From positions 11,987,947-12,051,946 of the forward strand of contig NC_134030.1 in NCBI RefSeq assembly GCF_964204645.1: DNA of 64,000 nt, written 5' to 3'. The translations under genes and the position numbers were made by a program. Shown here piece after piece: positions 36,000 through 48,702 of the stretch; position 1 is the first letter of the stretch; every line of letters starts with the position of its first letter. The DNA comes from Tubulanus polymorphus (Eukaryota > Animalia > Nemertea). The notes below the pieces were generated by a model. It searched no databases, had not been told where the DNA came from, and worked only from the letters and a program-made list of their open reading frames with translations.

Positions 36000-37100
36000 G
36001 ATATGCTAGTATTTCATCACGTAGGTTAGCATAGATCCTCACAGGTTCTACTATCACATGACATATAAACAATACTTACAAAAATGTCTTCCTCTAAATG
36101 GAAAAAATGTTTACATAGCTTTACCCACATTATATCTGGGTGATAACTTTCAACTAATTTTAATCCTTGTTTTAGTGCAGACGGGTAAAGGAAAAGTAAT
36201 CCTCCGGAATTTCTGCGTGCTTTTCTACGAACACTTTGAAAAAACGAGTATCCATTCGGGGTTGGAAATACAGTATGTTTGCTACTCCAAGTCTCGCATA
36301 GCAAACTAAATGATTTCTCACCTGTCAGATTCTGTATCTCTGGTAATTCCAGTTTTAATATCATTTTGTCCGCTATTATTTCCCGCGTATGCCTATTCGG
36401 TGTTAATTCCTCCCGGTTGATTCAAACTCGCATGCACCTGGTGTAGTACATCATTCACATTCGGGTGACCGCTATCAGCTTCATCACTGTGACGCTCGGG
36501 TGGACTTATACGCGTTGAGTTCAGGCTTGGGACATGATCACGATGTCCGGTTTTATTTTCAGGATATTTCACATCAGACGCGCGTTCTCTGTGTTGTGAA
36601 CTGGGGACGGCCCTCTGCAGACGAGTTGGTTGTCTATCATGACTGGGATGTTCATCATCGTTCCCTGTATCACCAGTGTATAACCTGTTGTTCACATACA
36701 ATTTATCGCGCACAAATTGGAATTTTTGGAACTGGCCGATGCGATGTGCGCGTGCAGATCTTATGCGCCTACGGGCGTCTGTATTCTTTACATTTCTCTC
36801 AAGCACATCGTGCACTCTTGAAGCTGGATCTTCGCCTTTTGTCTCGGGTATATCGAAAAACAGCAGATTATCTCTCATTGATCTCATTTGCAGATCCAGG
36901 ACGGTATCCTTTAAGAGCATATTTTCATGTTTATTGATACTACATTGGCAAAAATATCTTCATAGAAACGCGCGTGGCCACCGGTTGAGTCAAGCGCAAA
37001 GCGCACGCGAGTGGTTGACCGTCGATTTTCTGCATGCGCAGATTACGCTATTTTCATGGCAATTTTCTAAAAAGAACAAAACTAACACAACACAAAAATA
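36000..37100 (-). mobile_element. LINE 5' part: ORF1 remnant (36393-36920) and APE endonuclease N-terminus (36026-36364)
   Basis: ORF1 motif LQMRSMRDNLLFFDIPE; APE motifs LCETW, RNSGG, IMWVKL. Confidence 0.78.
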
Positions 37101-37164
37101 ACACAAAAATATAGCTGCAAAGCAGCGATAACGGGTTTTCTGCACAGTCTTAGAATCCTGTTCA

Positions 37165-37460
37165 ACGGTGGATTTCAACAAAGCATTTGATAAGGCTCAA
37201 CATCAGCCATTACTGAACAGGCTATTAGGAAACAGTATCAATGATAGGTCGCCCAAATGGCACAGCAGTTATCTCTGAACGGAAACTTGTAACCGAAATC
37301 AACGGAACGCCTCATCTTGGAATGAGACTGTCTAACTAGTGGAGTCACGCAAGGTAGTATCCTAAGTCGTCTTCTGTTTAATGTCCTGACAAATGACATA
37401 CACAGTAATCCAAAATATACCAGACCGAGTAAATTTTCAAAACAACCTTAACACACTGTT
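37165..37460 (+). pseudogene. short CR1/L2-like RT fragment
   Basis: DFNKAFD and SGVTQGSIL..LLF motifs, interrupted by frameshifts. Confidence 0.6.
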
Positions 37461-37479
37461 CGACCAAAAACTTAATGTT

Positions 37480-37787
37480 CCGACAAAACCACGGGTGACA
37501 AAACCAAAATTATGAATTGTCGCGGGTGACAAAACCAAAATATTGAATTGTCACGGGCGACAAAACAAAAATAATGAATTGTCGCGGGCGATAAAACCAA
37601 AATAATGAATTGTCGCGGGCGATAAAACCATAATAATGAATTGTCGCGGGCGTTAAAACCAAAATATTGAATTGTTGCGGGCGATAAAACCAAAATAATG
37701 AATTGTCGCGGACGACAAAAACAAACTATTGAATTGTTGCGTGCGACAAAACCAAAATAATGAATTGTCGCGGGCGACAAAACCAAA
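37480..37787. repeat. 31-bp satellite, ~10 units
   Basis: Unit GACAAAACCAAAATAATGAATTGTCGCGGGC. Confidence 0.9.
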
Positions 37788-38939
37788 CTAGGGGTCCAGG
37801 GACACCATGCTCACTTGGGCAGTGGTTTAAAATGCTCAACAATCTAACAATTTCAATACATAACGCCCTCTAGTGACCATATACAAAAACCAATGACCTT
37901 GAAACCCACCACAATCATAGAACATGTGAGCAGCTATGATTTTGTAATTGATTGTGATAACAAAATATGCCTCGTTACCAATTTAATATGGAAATACTAA
38001 GTTATTCTACTATTCAACGCCCCCTGGTGACCATATGCAAAACCCAATGACCTTAAAACCCACCACAATCGTAGTACATGTCATGAAATAGAACTTTGCA
38101 ATTGATCATAGTAACAAAATATGCCTAGGTACCAATCTAATAAGGAAATACTAAGCCATTCTACTATTGGCCCCCTGGTGACTATATGGAATAACTAATG
38201 TCCTCAAAAACTCAACACAATCATAGACGACGTCATGAACTACAACTTTGCAATGGATCATGGTAACAAACTATGCCTAGGTACCAATCTAATAAGGAAA
38301 AAATAAGCTTTTCTACTATTCAACGCCCCCTGGTGACTATATGGAATAACTAATGTCCTTAAAAACTCACCACAATCATAGACGATGTCATGAACTACAA
38401 CTTTGCCATTGATCGTGGTAACAAAATATGCCTTGGTACAAATATAATATAGCGATACTAAGTTATTGTATTATTCAACGCCCCCTGATGGCCACATACA
38501 ATGACCAATGACCTTGAAACTCACCAAAATCATAGAACACGTTATGGGCTACAACTTTCCAATTGAATATAGTAACACAATATGCTTAGGTATCAATTAA
38601 TTGTGGAAAAACTTTTTCCCACCTACGAATGAGTACTGATGACACCAAGATGGCCGCCAATTGCGTCATATTTGGCTGATCAAAAATACCTGTCCCAGGT
38701 ATAAAACATCCCTCTCTAAAGAATATCCATCAGCAATTGCAATGAGAAATGGCAAACCAGTAGGAAGCTACAGGACCTAGAATTCTGGCCAAAATTGACA
38801 TTTTTGGGCACTAAAAAGGTCATAGGACGGCCATCTTGAGTCAGATCGACCCAATTTTCTTATGCTGATGGGCCTTTGGTAGATTCAAATATAAAGGAAA
38901 GATCAAGGTAATTGATCAAAGCGTCTTCAAAATTTTCTT
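37788..38939. mobile_element. probable non-autonomous element with ~5 internal ~155-bp tandem repeats (Helitron/HINE-like layout), sitting between satellite blocks
   Basis: Units start near 37862, 38016, 38168, 38322 and 38477 (AACGCCCCCTGGTGACCAT...); superfamily uncertain. Confidence 0.5.
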
Positions 38940-40887
38940 CGGGTGACAAAACCAAAATAATGAATTGTCGCGGGCGATAAAACCAAAATAATGAATTGTC
39001 TCGTGCGACAAAACCAAAATAATGAATTGTCGCGGGCAATAAAACCAAAATAATGAATTATCGCGGGCGATAAAACCAAAATATTGAATTGTCGCGGGCG
39101 ACAAAACCAGAAAAAAAAATTGTCGCGGGCGACAAAAACAAAATATAAAACCAAAATAATGAATTGTCGCGGGCAATAAAACCAAAATAATGAATTATCG
39201 CAGGCGATAAAACCAAAATATTGAATTGTCGCGGGCGACAAAACCAGAAAAAAAAATTGTCGCGGGCGACAAAAACAAAATATAAAACCAAAATAATGAA
39301 TTGTCGCGGGCGTCAAAACCAAAAGAAGAATTGTCGCGGGCGACAAAACCAAAATAATGAATAGTCGCTGGAGATAAAACCAAAGTATGGAATTGTCGTG
39401 GGCGATAAAACCAAAATATTGAATTGTCGCGGGCGACAAAACCAAACTAATGAATTGTCGCGGGCGACAAAACCAAAAAAAGAATTGTGGGGGCGACAAA
39501 ACCAAAATAATGAATTGTCGCGGGCGACAAAACCAAAATGGTGAATTGTCCAGGCGACAAAACCAAAATAATGAATTGTCACGGGCGATAAAACCAAAAT
39601 GATGAATTGTCTCGGGCGACAAAACCAAAATAATGAATTGTCGCGGGCGATAAAACCAAAATAATGAATTATCGCGGGCGATAAAACCAAAAAGAAGAAT
39701 TGTCGCGGGCGACAAAACCAAAAAGAAGAATTGACGCGGGCGACAAAACAAAAATAATGAATTGTCGCTGGAGATAAAACCAAAGTAATGAATTGTCGCA
39801 GGCGACAAAACCAAAATATTGAATTGTCGCGGGCGACAAAACCAAAATATTGAATTGTCGCGGGCGACAAAACCGAAATAATGAATTGTCGCGGGCGACA
39901 AAACCAAAATGGTGAATTCTCGCGGGCGACAAAACCAAAATAATGAATTGTCGCGGGCGACAAAACCAAAATAATGAATTGTCGCGGGCGACAAAACCAA
40001 AATGGTGAATTGTCCAGGCGACAAAACCATAATGGTGAATTGCCGCGGGCGACAAAACCAAAATAATGAATTGTCGCGGGCGATAAAACCAAAATGATGA
40101 ATTGTCTCGGGCGACAAAACCAAAATAATGAATTGTCGCGGGCGATAAAACCAAAATAATGAATTATCGCGGGCGATAAAACCAAAATATTGAATTGTCG
40201 CGGGCGATTAAACCAAAATAATGAATTGTCGCGGGCGACAAAACCAAAAAGAAGAATTGTCGCGGGCGACAAAACCAAAATAATGAATTGTCGCTGGAGA
40301 TAAAACCAAAGTAATGAATTGTCGCGGGCGATAAAACCAAAATATTGAATTGTCGCGGGCGACAAAACCAAAATATTGAATTGTCGCGGGCGACAAAACC
40401 AAAAAAAAGAATTGTCGGGGCGACAAAACCAAAATAATGAATTATCGCGGGTGATAAAACCAAAATATTGAATTGTCGCGGGCGACAAAACCAAACTAAT
40501 GAATTGTCGCGGGCGACAAAACCAAAAAAAGAATTGTAGGGGCGACAAAACCGTAATAATGAATTGTCGCCAGCGATAAAACCAAAATAATGAATTGTCT
40601 CGGGCGACAAAACCAAAATAATGAATTATCGCGGGCGATAAAACCAAAATATTGAATTGTCGCAGGCGATAAAACCAAAATATTGAATTGTCGCGGGCGA
40701 CAAAACCAAAAAAAAAATTGTCGCGGGCGACAAAAACAAAATATAAAACCAAAATAATGAATTGTCGCGGGCGACAAAACCAAAAAGAATTGTCGCGGGC
40801 GACAAAACCAAAGTAGTGAATTGTCGTGGGCGATAAAACCAAAATATTGAATTTTCGCGGGCGACAAAACCAAAATAATGAATTGTC
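38940..40887. repeat. 31-bp satellite, ~60 units
   Basis: Same unit as 37480-37787. Confidence 0.95.
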
Positions 40888-40953
40888 ATAATCATATAGA
40901 TCTACAATGTCATATCGAACAGTTCATAACATTTCATAGCTCTACTACATATT

Positions 40954-41002
<49 letters not shown>

Positions 41003-41427
41003 TAATATAACTTATGACTATAGTGTCAATATGTGCTTTAAGGTCGTAATCAACATGTGACATTACTCAACATGTTTTCACGATAATTAGCTATAGTCAG
41101 TGCTCATCGATAATTAATTAATGTCTCTCAAACATGTCACTAGGTGTTTGTTTGTGCGTCCTGATGTCTACAACTTGTCTGACACCTAGTTCTCACATTA
41201 TACTCATGATTCTGTATATAAAGACTATGTAAAGCTATGATAATCATTCTCATTCCGGGATGCAATAAAGATTGTACATATAAGGTTTAACTGCCTTGTT
41301 GTTCCTGATGGATGGAATCCTGTACCGCTGGTGTAAATGCTAGTTCCCCAGCCAGCCTGCCGATACAACAACCAGCCGGTTACAGATGGCGGAGAACCGG
41401 GTTTACCTTCACAGATCGAAGGTTACA
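40884..41427 (+). repeat. 5' LTR
   Basis: Near-identical to 51917-52475; contains (AAT)n and AATAAA. Confidence 0.88.
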
Positions 41428-41429
41428 GA

Positions 41430-41439
41430 TGGTGGAGAA
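41430..41439 (+). promoter_or_regulatory. primer-binding site, tRNA-Ala-like
   Basis: TGGTGGAGAA 2 nt after the LTR end, complementary to a ...TTCTCCA-CCA tRNA 3' end. Confidence 0.6.
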
Positions 41440-41954
41440 CCCAAATTTAAGTCCTCGTGACTTACACAAGTACAGATGAAGCTGCTGATATACGGATTGT
41501 GACTGAAACATACCACAAAATAGAAGATCGCATTCAACTACACTTGTGACAAGACCGTGCTGATCGCCGAAATCGCTGCTGTTTTGGTGGATCCAACACA
41601 TTATGGTAACTTGTTGTCAGCCATAGGTAATATAATTGAATCTTCATCTCGAATTAGTGGTCGGATATTGAGTATAGGAAATTATAGCTCTTTGAGTTTG
41701 GGAGCATTACTGTGTAGTTGAGCAGTTTGATATATATCTCAAGTTTCGATTGTTCAATTCAAAGCATTTTTCTAGCAAACATTATTCATAATCAGTTTCA
41801 TTTCGTTCTGTACACTTACGTGGTATACACTTCAAAAAGATGAAGCGCATACATTGTAGTAAGGATGTTTGTCGCAAAGAAGCATCTCGATTATGGGTAC
41901 CTGATATCAATGCGGTTGATATAAGCTTAGTTTCAGGGTTGAATCGGAATATTA

Positions 41955-43258
41955 TAAAACGGAATTATCATAGTCATCCAACACCCTTACAACCATTACC
42001 AATTGAAGGCTTATTCTCCAGATGGCACATTGACTTCCTTTGCAATCTTCCGGAGACACCTGATGGTAATAAGCATATTCTACTCGTGGTAGATAGCCGG
42101 AGTAAATGGCCCGAGGCTTTTCCTCTCAAAACTCAGGAAACAACAGAGGTAGCAAAGGTTCTCTTTAAAGAGATATTTTCGCGGTATGGTGCTCCTCATT
42201 CTTTAGTCTCTGATCGCGGTAAAACATTTATGTCTAAGTTAGTTGCAGCTCTCTGTGAATTGTTTCACGTGAAACAACATTTCACCGCTCCGTACCATCC
42301 TCAATCAAACTCAGTTTGCGAAAGAACTAACCAGTACATTTGGCAGTCGCTTAGGTCGTATTGTAACTAGGATCAGACTAATTGGGATACACTAATGCCA
42401 AGTGTAATGATGAGTTATAGGCATGTTCCCTCAACTGAAGGTTCAGGTTTTAGCCCTTACCACATGTTATTTGGTCAAGAAATGCGTCTACCAATAGACA
42501 CGGCTTTAATTCCACGGCATTCGTTAGCTACTGATCATAAGGCATACTTATCACATATATTAAGGCAGCTGGTCATATCACGAAATATCGCTAACGAGAA
42601 TATTAAAAGAGCTCAAAATGAGTATAAAACTCAGTTCGATAAAAAGGCATTAAAACCTCAGTTTCAGATTACTGATCGCGTTTGGCTAAAAGTCATGAAA
42701 GTTAAGAAAGGAAAATCACCAAAACTGTGTAAAAAATACGTAGGTCCCTATTTCATTCAGTCAATAGCTAGTAAAGGGGCTTATCAATTACGAAAAATCT
42801 CTGATAACGTTTTACTCCCATCGCATGTCAATGGGAACCGTCTTAAGTTATACAAAGATCCCTCATCGCGTCCAAATTATGAAGAGGTCGCATGGGATGG
42901 TTCAACAGCTGAGGAAAACCCTGAATTATTCGACGAGATTCATGGGCGCTTAAAATATAAACCTAGCAATTTAGCTGATACTCCAACTGACACTCAAATT
43001 TCGGCTGACGATAACAAAGATAGACCGGTAGTTACTGAGACTTTCAATGAAACAGATATTCAGAAAATTCTACAGTACAAACTAGAAAGTGGTTTATGTA
43101 AATATCGCGTAAAATGGAAGTCAGATTTAAATCGTGGAAATTCTTGGGAATTAGGAAAATGGATCCCAAATAAACTAATTCGACACTTTCACGAAAACTA
43201 TGCGGCATCAGGCAAAAAACGTAAGAAACCTTGCAAAAGTGGCTCAAGTCCATTATAG
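41955..43258 (+). pseudogene. Gypsy integrase core, GPY motif and chromodomain; in-frame stop at 42368-42370
   Basis: WHIDF, SDRGKTF, YHPQSNSVCER, YVGPYFI, YRVKWK...SWE. Confidence 0.88.
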
Positions 43259-43727
43259 CATTAAATAGTTCCAGCAGAGACTTATTACATCGGACTGGTA
43301 TTTGAAATTAATCCGCCAATATCGGACATATTGAATCTTATATTACGCACGAATACGACATAACGCTATACGGACAAACCAACATACCGACAAACCGACA
43401 AACCGACATACCGACAAACCGACAAACCGACAAACCGACATATCGACATTGGCATTTAACAAAAGAGAAATATTATTACGGAACTTATTATTAATAGCAA
43501 TAACATACTGAATGCTTGGCGGATTATGTATCTTTGGGTTTCACACGTTTAAAAGTTTTTCCAGTTATTTCATCGTATAAATGCTTTTAATATAAGTCTA
43601 TGAATTGCAACGATTATAAATGATATCGGCCATAATATCGACGACGAGCGACCACCCATAATTGGTTATCAAATCATGGGATAATCTTCAGATACTTTAA
43701 GACGGGTTTACGGTTACTTGATGAGGT

Positions 43728-46700
43728 TCAAGATTCATCCGACTCATCCGTGTCGTCGACCTGCGTTAACATTTCTTCAAACGCCTCTATTTCTGGATGA
43801 TGAATTCGACAAGTGGTTTTCATGGCCTCGGACATACTACTCGTATCATTAAACTTTGCCCGATATACGTCTAAAGTTGTGTCTGTGCATTTGAACAGAC
43901 TGTCTTTTTCGAAAAGTGCGTCTGGCAATTTCTTGAAGAAAAATAGTGTTGATCTTCCAGCTCCTGCTTGTTTTAGTGTTTTCAAGTGACCCAGGTTTTT
44001 CCTGCTCAGCTCCTGCAGACTTACTGGAATAAGAGAGACGAAGTATATCAAATACATGTGCATGTGATGGCTTTTGTTGAATTTGCATTCCATTACATAT
44101 AAGCCAGCCAATTAAAGAATATTCTTTTAGGCCTTTTTTAATGTTATAGAAATTATCCTTTTTTATCGGACGAGTTTAGCCGATTGTTCATTCGTTCGTT
44201 CGTTCTTTAAATTGATACTATAGAAACCAACGTAGTATTATTAACAATCCTTACAGTTTCAACCGAAATTGGTAAAATAAGAATGGTGAATTTCGTAGCA
44301 TGTCCCGGTCTATTGGAAATTTCTCCACTTTTTCATGATTGTAAAAAAGCAATTGATTTTCTGCTAGATCATGAAGTTCTTTAATCAGCAAATGATTGTG
44401 ATGTGTGCATTAAACCAATGTTATTAGTACCAAGAACATCAATTACTGATGGATTTATTTGGTTGTGTAATGAATGTGGCTGCAATCGGTCTATCCGAAC
44501 TGGAAGCATCTTTGAGGTAATATTGTTGTTTTTTCAACGTTATGATTTTGGGACGTGTGTATTAGCGTGTATTACACTTTATAACATTATAGAGATCGAG
44601 GAGCCGAGTGTGCCCGTGTATTACACTTATATAAAGTGGCTGAGATCGAGGGGCTTTGAGGTGCGTGGATTACCCTTATATAAAGTGGCTGGGATCGAGG
44701 GGCTGTGTGTGTGCGTGGATTACCCTTATATAAAGTGGCTGAGATCGAGGGGCTGGGTGTGTGCGTGGATTACACTTATATAAAGTGGCTGAGATCGAGG
44801 GGCCGGGTGTGTGCGTGGATTACCCTTATATAAAGTGGCTGAGATCGAGGGGCTTGGTGTGTGCGTGGATTACCCTTATATAAAGTGGCTGGGATCGAGG
44901 GGCTGTGAGGTGCGTGGATTACCCTTATATAAAGTTGCTGAGATCGAGGGGCTGTGAAGTGTGGCTGAGATCGAGGGCTGTGTGTGTGCGTGGATTACCC
45001 TTATATAAAGTGGCTGGGATCGAGGGGCTGTGTGTGTGCGTGGATTACCCTTATATAAAGTGGCTGGGGTCGAGGGGCTGTGTGTGTGCGTGGATTACCC
45101 TTATATAAAGTGGCTGAGATCGAGAAGCCGGGTGTGCCGTGTATTACACTTATATAAAGTGGCTGAGATCGAGGGGCCGGGTGTGCCCGTGAATTAGGCT
45201 GCATTATAAAATATTTTTTCATAATTTCTACAGGGATCCAAACTGTCGTTGTGCTCTGCTCTGTTGATCGTGTACGGATTTGCAATTGATCTACAGATTT
45301 ATCAAGTGCAGAAATTGGAACCTAATTTGAACGTGAAGACCATCATGAAATGGTATGACAGGTTGCGTGAAGTTTGTAGCGATTTTCTAAGGCGTAACCC
45401 TGTCATCATAAAAGGTGATGTCGCAGAATCAATTTCAGAAATTGATGAATCACTTTTCGGAAAAAGACGCAAATATAACAAAGGAAGCGGAAAACAGGAC
45501 ACATGGGTTTTTGGAATCTTTGAACGTGGTACACGGAATGTTGTAATGTCAATTGTGAACCGTAGAAATCGTGAAACTTTATTGCCGATTATAAAGAAGC
45601 ACGTTGCAAGTGGCTGCACAATTTATTCAGATGGTTGGTCGGCATATTCGGCGTTAAATGAAACGTATAACCATGGTGTTGTTAATCATTCCAAAGAGTT
45701 CAAATCTGTCGAAAATGTTTGCACGAATGGCATTGAAGGTATGTGGGGTATGATGAAAGGTAGGATCAAGAAAATGAAGGGCGTTGTCCACCAAAGAATT
45801 GGAATCTATATTGATGAATTTGTGTATAGGTATAGATTTGGACACTCAAATGGAGACATTTTTTGGGCATTTTTCCGTCATATAGGGCAACTAAAAAGAA
45901 TGGAAAAATTGAGTCGGCCTAACTTACATTGAACATTTGAAGCTGTGACTGCTCGTCCGCTGAGATTTTTCTGGATCATACGGAGAGTAACCAGTGGCCC
46001 AGGGGAATGAATGACAACTCTCCAGACTTTTTCGTCGAAACTCTTTATTGATTTATTCATTCTGACGGTTTTTGTGTCATTTCTTGAAAAGCTTTTAACG
46101 GCCTAAAATGATCAAATAATCATAAATGTGTTCATATTTTCATTAATTAGCAGTTAAATAAATGTTACCAGGTTATATTGTACTATATTTGTATGTTTAA
46201 TAGAAAATATATTTTCATTTACCTGTAAAATCACATCTTTTTGTTGAACAATTACATGATATAACGTTTTGGCGGCGATGACGGATTCTAATCCAATCGT
46301 CTTATTGAATCGGAATTCATTTTCTTTGTCCGTTAAAAAGTGATGTAGGTATTGACTTTGGATACTTAAGATGGCTGCAATCCTTAGAATATGCATAGCA
46401 TCTTTTGAACTTACGAGACTCGTTTCTTCAATATTTTCATCTGGAACAAACATGATTTTTGAGTGCAATTGAAGGCACGAACCCGTGTTTTAATATTGGT
46501 TATTTTGAAATAGCAACTGAGACTTGAAATCCTGAGTTAAATTTTTTGTGAATTCTGTCATTATGCAAACTGAATTTAAACGAACATATAGTGGTAAATT
46601 AGATATAAACTTTCTTTATCAATGATTTTCTTTAACTTTCTACTTGAAGAGGTTTTAGGATACATACCGTCACTCGAGTCTGAATCGTACATTCGGTTCA

Positions 46701-47571
46701 TATACATTACGAATTCGTCACGAATTTTGTTAAACGCGGTTGTTGCCTCTAGTGAAAGTTTTAAAACCGTTTCCTTAGATTTGAAATCATTGTAAATTGC
46801 CTCGAATATAGGAATGAAGCTTTCTAATCCTGATTGTGACAACAGTTTATAATTGTCTTTACAAACGCTCGATGGTTGGATCATTGGTTTTGAGACGAGG
46901 AACAAGAACCTATCCCAGAATCCGTCACCACATTGCTGACTTGCACCGTTAATCATTTCCCTAAACATGGGTTCTGGTTGAATGAAGACAAGCATAGATA
47001 TTGCTGTTTTTTCGAACCCTCTGGTTCCTGTTGACAATGTTGATGCATCGCCATGTCCACCCCATACTTTATTAAGGAAACTCCTTTCTGATTCGCCATT
47101 GCGTTGTTTCGTATTAATTTCGGCCATCAGCTTCGCACCTTCATCCTCGCTTATCAAGCCATACCCACGGTTTTCTTTTTGATGGTTTTGTATTCCAGCG
47201 GAGGTGTATTTACCGATCAACAATGATTTACCACTTTTTGTTGCATAAACCCTATCGGCTGGTATTACGATCTCATCAAATGCTCGCGATTTACCTCCTC
47301 CACACTCGCAAAGACATGCAATAAACGTGTTCAGGGTTGATGTAAAATCGCCGTCTTCCGTTTCAGCTACACATCCAGGCCCTATCAGACTTGCTGTTAT
47401 TGGTAGCAATGCCCCAACTAAAAGATCGAGTGGACAGTTTTTTACCCTTGAGTAGATCCTTAACCATTCTAGTTCCTGTTCGTTGACAATTTCTGCCCAT
47501 GGTACTTTAATTTTCCATGCTTTTTTATATATTTTAGCAATATCGGAGCTGCATAGAATAGATCTCGACAT
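43728..47571 (-). CDS. DUF3987/YfjI-like P-loop ATPase with C-terminal winged-helix-like region; 4 exons (47571-46668, 46440-46223, 46102-45928, 44023-43728), 530 aa
   Basis: Walker A CGGGKS, Walker B ISEDEG, FIQP, DGFWDRFLF, KDAMHILRIAAIL. All three introns are GT..AG with matching phases 1/0/1; the summed exons (1593 nt) give one uninterrupted frame. Confidence 0.8.
44283..45932 (+). pseudogene. Merlin/ISXO2-like DDE transposase; 2 exons (44283-44516, 45234-45932), 310 codons, one in-frame TAA at 44382
   Basis: Zn ribbon CDVC..CNEC; the splice joins SIRTGSIFE|GSKLSL; catalytic EIDES, IYSDGW, TNGIEGMW. Confidence 0.88.
44560..45192. repeat. 50-bp minisatellite inside the transposase intron (~12 units)
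   Basis: Unit TGGATTACCCTTATATAAAGTGGCTGGGATCGAGGGGCTGTGTGTGTGCG. Confidence 0.93.
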
Positions 47572-48702
47572 CTTGGCAATTATCTTTGATCTGACTTAAC
47601 AGTTTAATCAGTTTAATTACGAATTCAATTAAGATATGTATCCATAGTAACACTAATTACAGTGGCTAAAAGAAACTATGGACGCAGTGTTTGTTCTATA
47701 ACAATAGAATTTTCGGTATCAAACGAATGACACTGTAGGTAATGAAATCAATTCGCAAATTCTTATTATATTTTCATCATTTAAATATAATGATGTTATT
47801 GGATTAAGTAAAACATGTCATCGATTAATTTGTTACAGAAATACAAGTAGAAACCATTAACAAACAAACATGGGGACCCAAACATGGTTACAAACATTAC
47901 ATTTAGTTTAATGAGAAGAGATATGACACAAGAGGAATTTGCAGTACCAACTGAGCCACAACATTTCCAACAAACTTGAAATCTATTAATCAATTTATTG
48001 TTTTAATGTGTGCAATATAATAAGTCTAATACAATAAGAGCATCGCAAGACGCGTGAAACCCAAAGATACATAATCCACCGAGCATTCAGTATGTTATTG
48101 CTATTAATAATAAGTTCCGTAATAATATTACTTTTTTTATTAATGCCAATGTCGGTTTATCGGTATGTCGGTATGTCGGTTTGTCGGTATGTCGGTATGT
48201 CGGTTTGTCGGTATGTCGGTTTGTCTTGAAAAGTATGCAGCCGAATTACTCCCTTTAAAAAAATGTATCTTTGAGCGGGGAACTATTCCACGCTATACTG
48301 GACTTGAACCGCAGAGGTAAGTTTTTTTATCGCATTACAGACAATTCTGATAATAATCAGGGACATCAAAACGATCGAAATGAAAACGAGAATGACGTAG
48401 CAAATATTATAATCACAAATAGAGATAGATGTCAGGATAGTGAAGTAGAGATACGTGAAAAACCTAGAAGAACATTAAATGGAACCGTAATACAGGGTGT
48501 ATATGTTACTAATGATCGCTTACAGGAATTTGATAATCAGATGTCTAATGAAGACTCATCAAATAATGAGAATGTAAATAGAGTATATTGTTCAGCTCGA
48601 TCGAAAACTCACCAAGATCATACGAATCAGGGCTCAACTCCAGAACAGGTAAAAGTAGATCTGCCCAGGCTGAGTACATAGCACGTATTCTTCCGCGAGC
48701 CA

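Larger units (their letters stand above)
43373..48225. mobile_element. Merlin/IS1595(ISXO2)-type DNA transposon with 176-bp TIRs carrying a DUF3987-like ATPase gene
   Basis: Inverted repeats at 43373-43548 and 48050-48225 with terminal (GACAWACC)n; two internal spliced genes; no clear TSD. Confidence 0.8.

Noticed and set aside
37472-40895. Many long overlapping ORFs (up to 509 aa) and a CRISPR-like periodic palindrome
   Set aside because: The ORFs are translations of a 31-bp tandem repeat. There are no unique spacers or cas genes, and the context is eukaryotic.
44024-45932. Merlin transposase as an independent insertion into a host intron
   Set aside because: No inner TIRs or TSD were seen, and its stop codon overlaps the ATPase exon 3/donor region; the only TIRs enclose both genes. 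Not fully excluded without other copies.
43728-46468. ORFs 43728-44111, 45878-46060, 46154-46468 and 44403-44783 as separate genes
   Set aside because: They are exons plus intron read-through of the two spliced genes.
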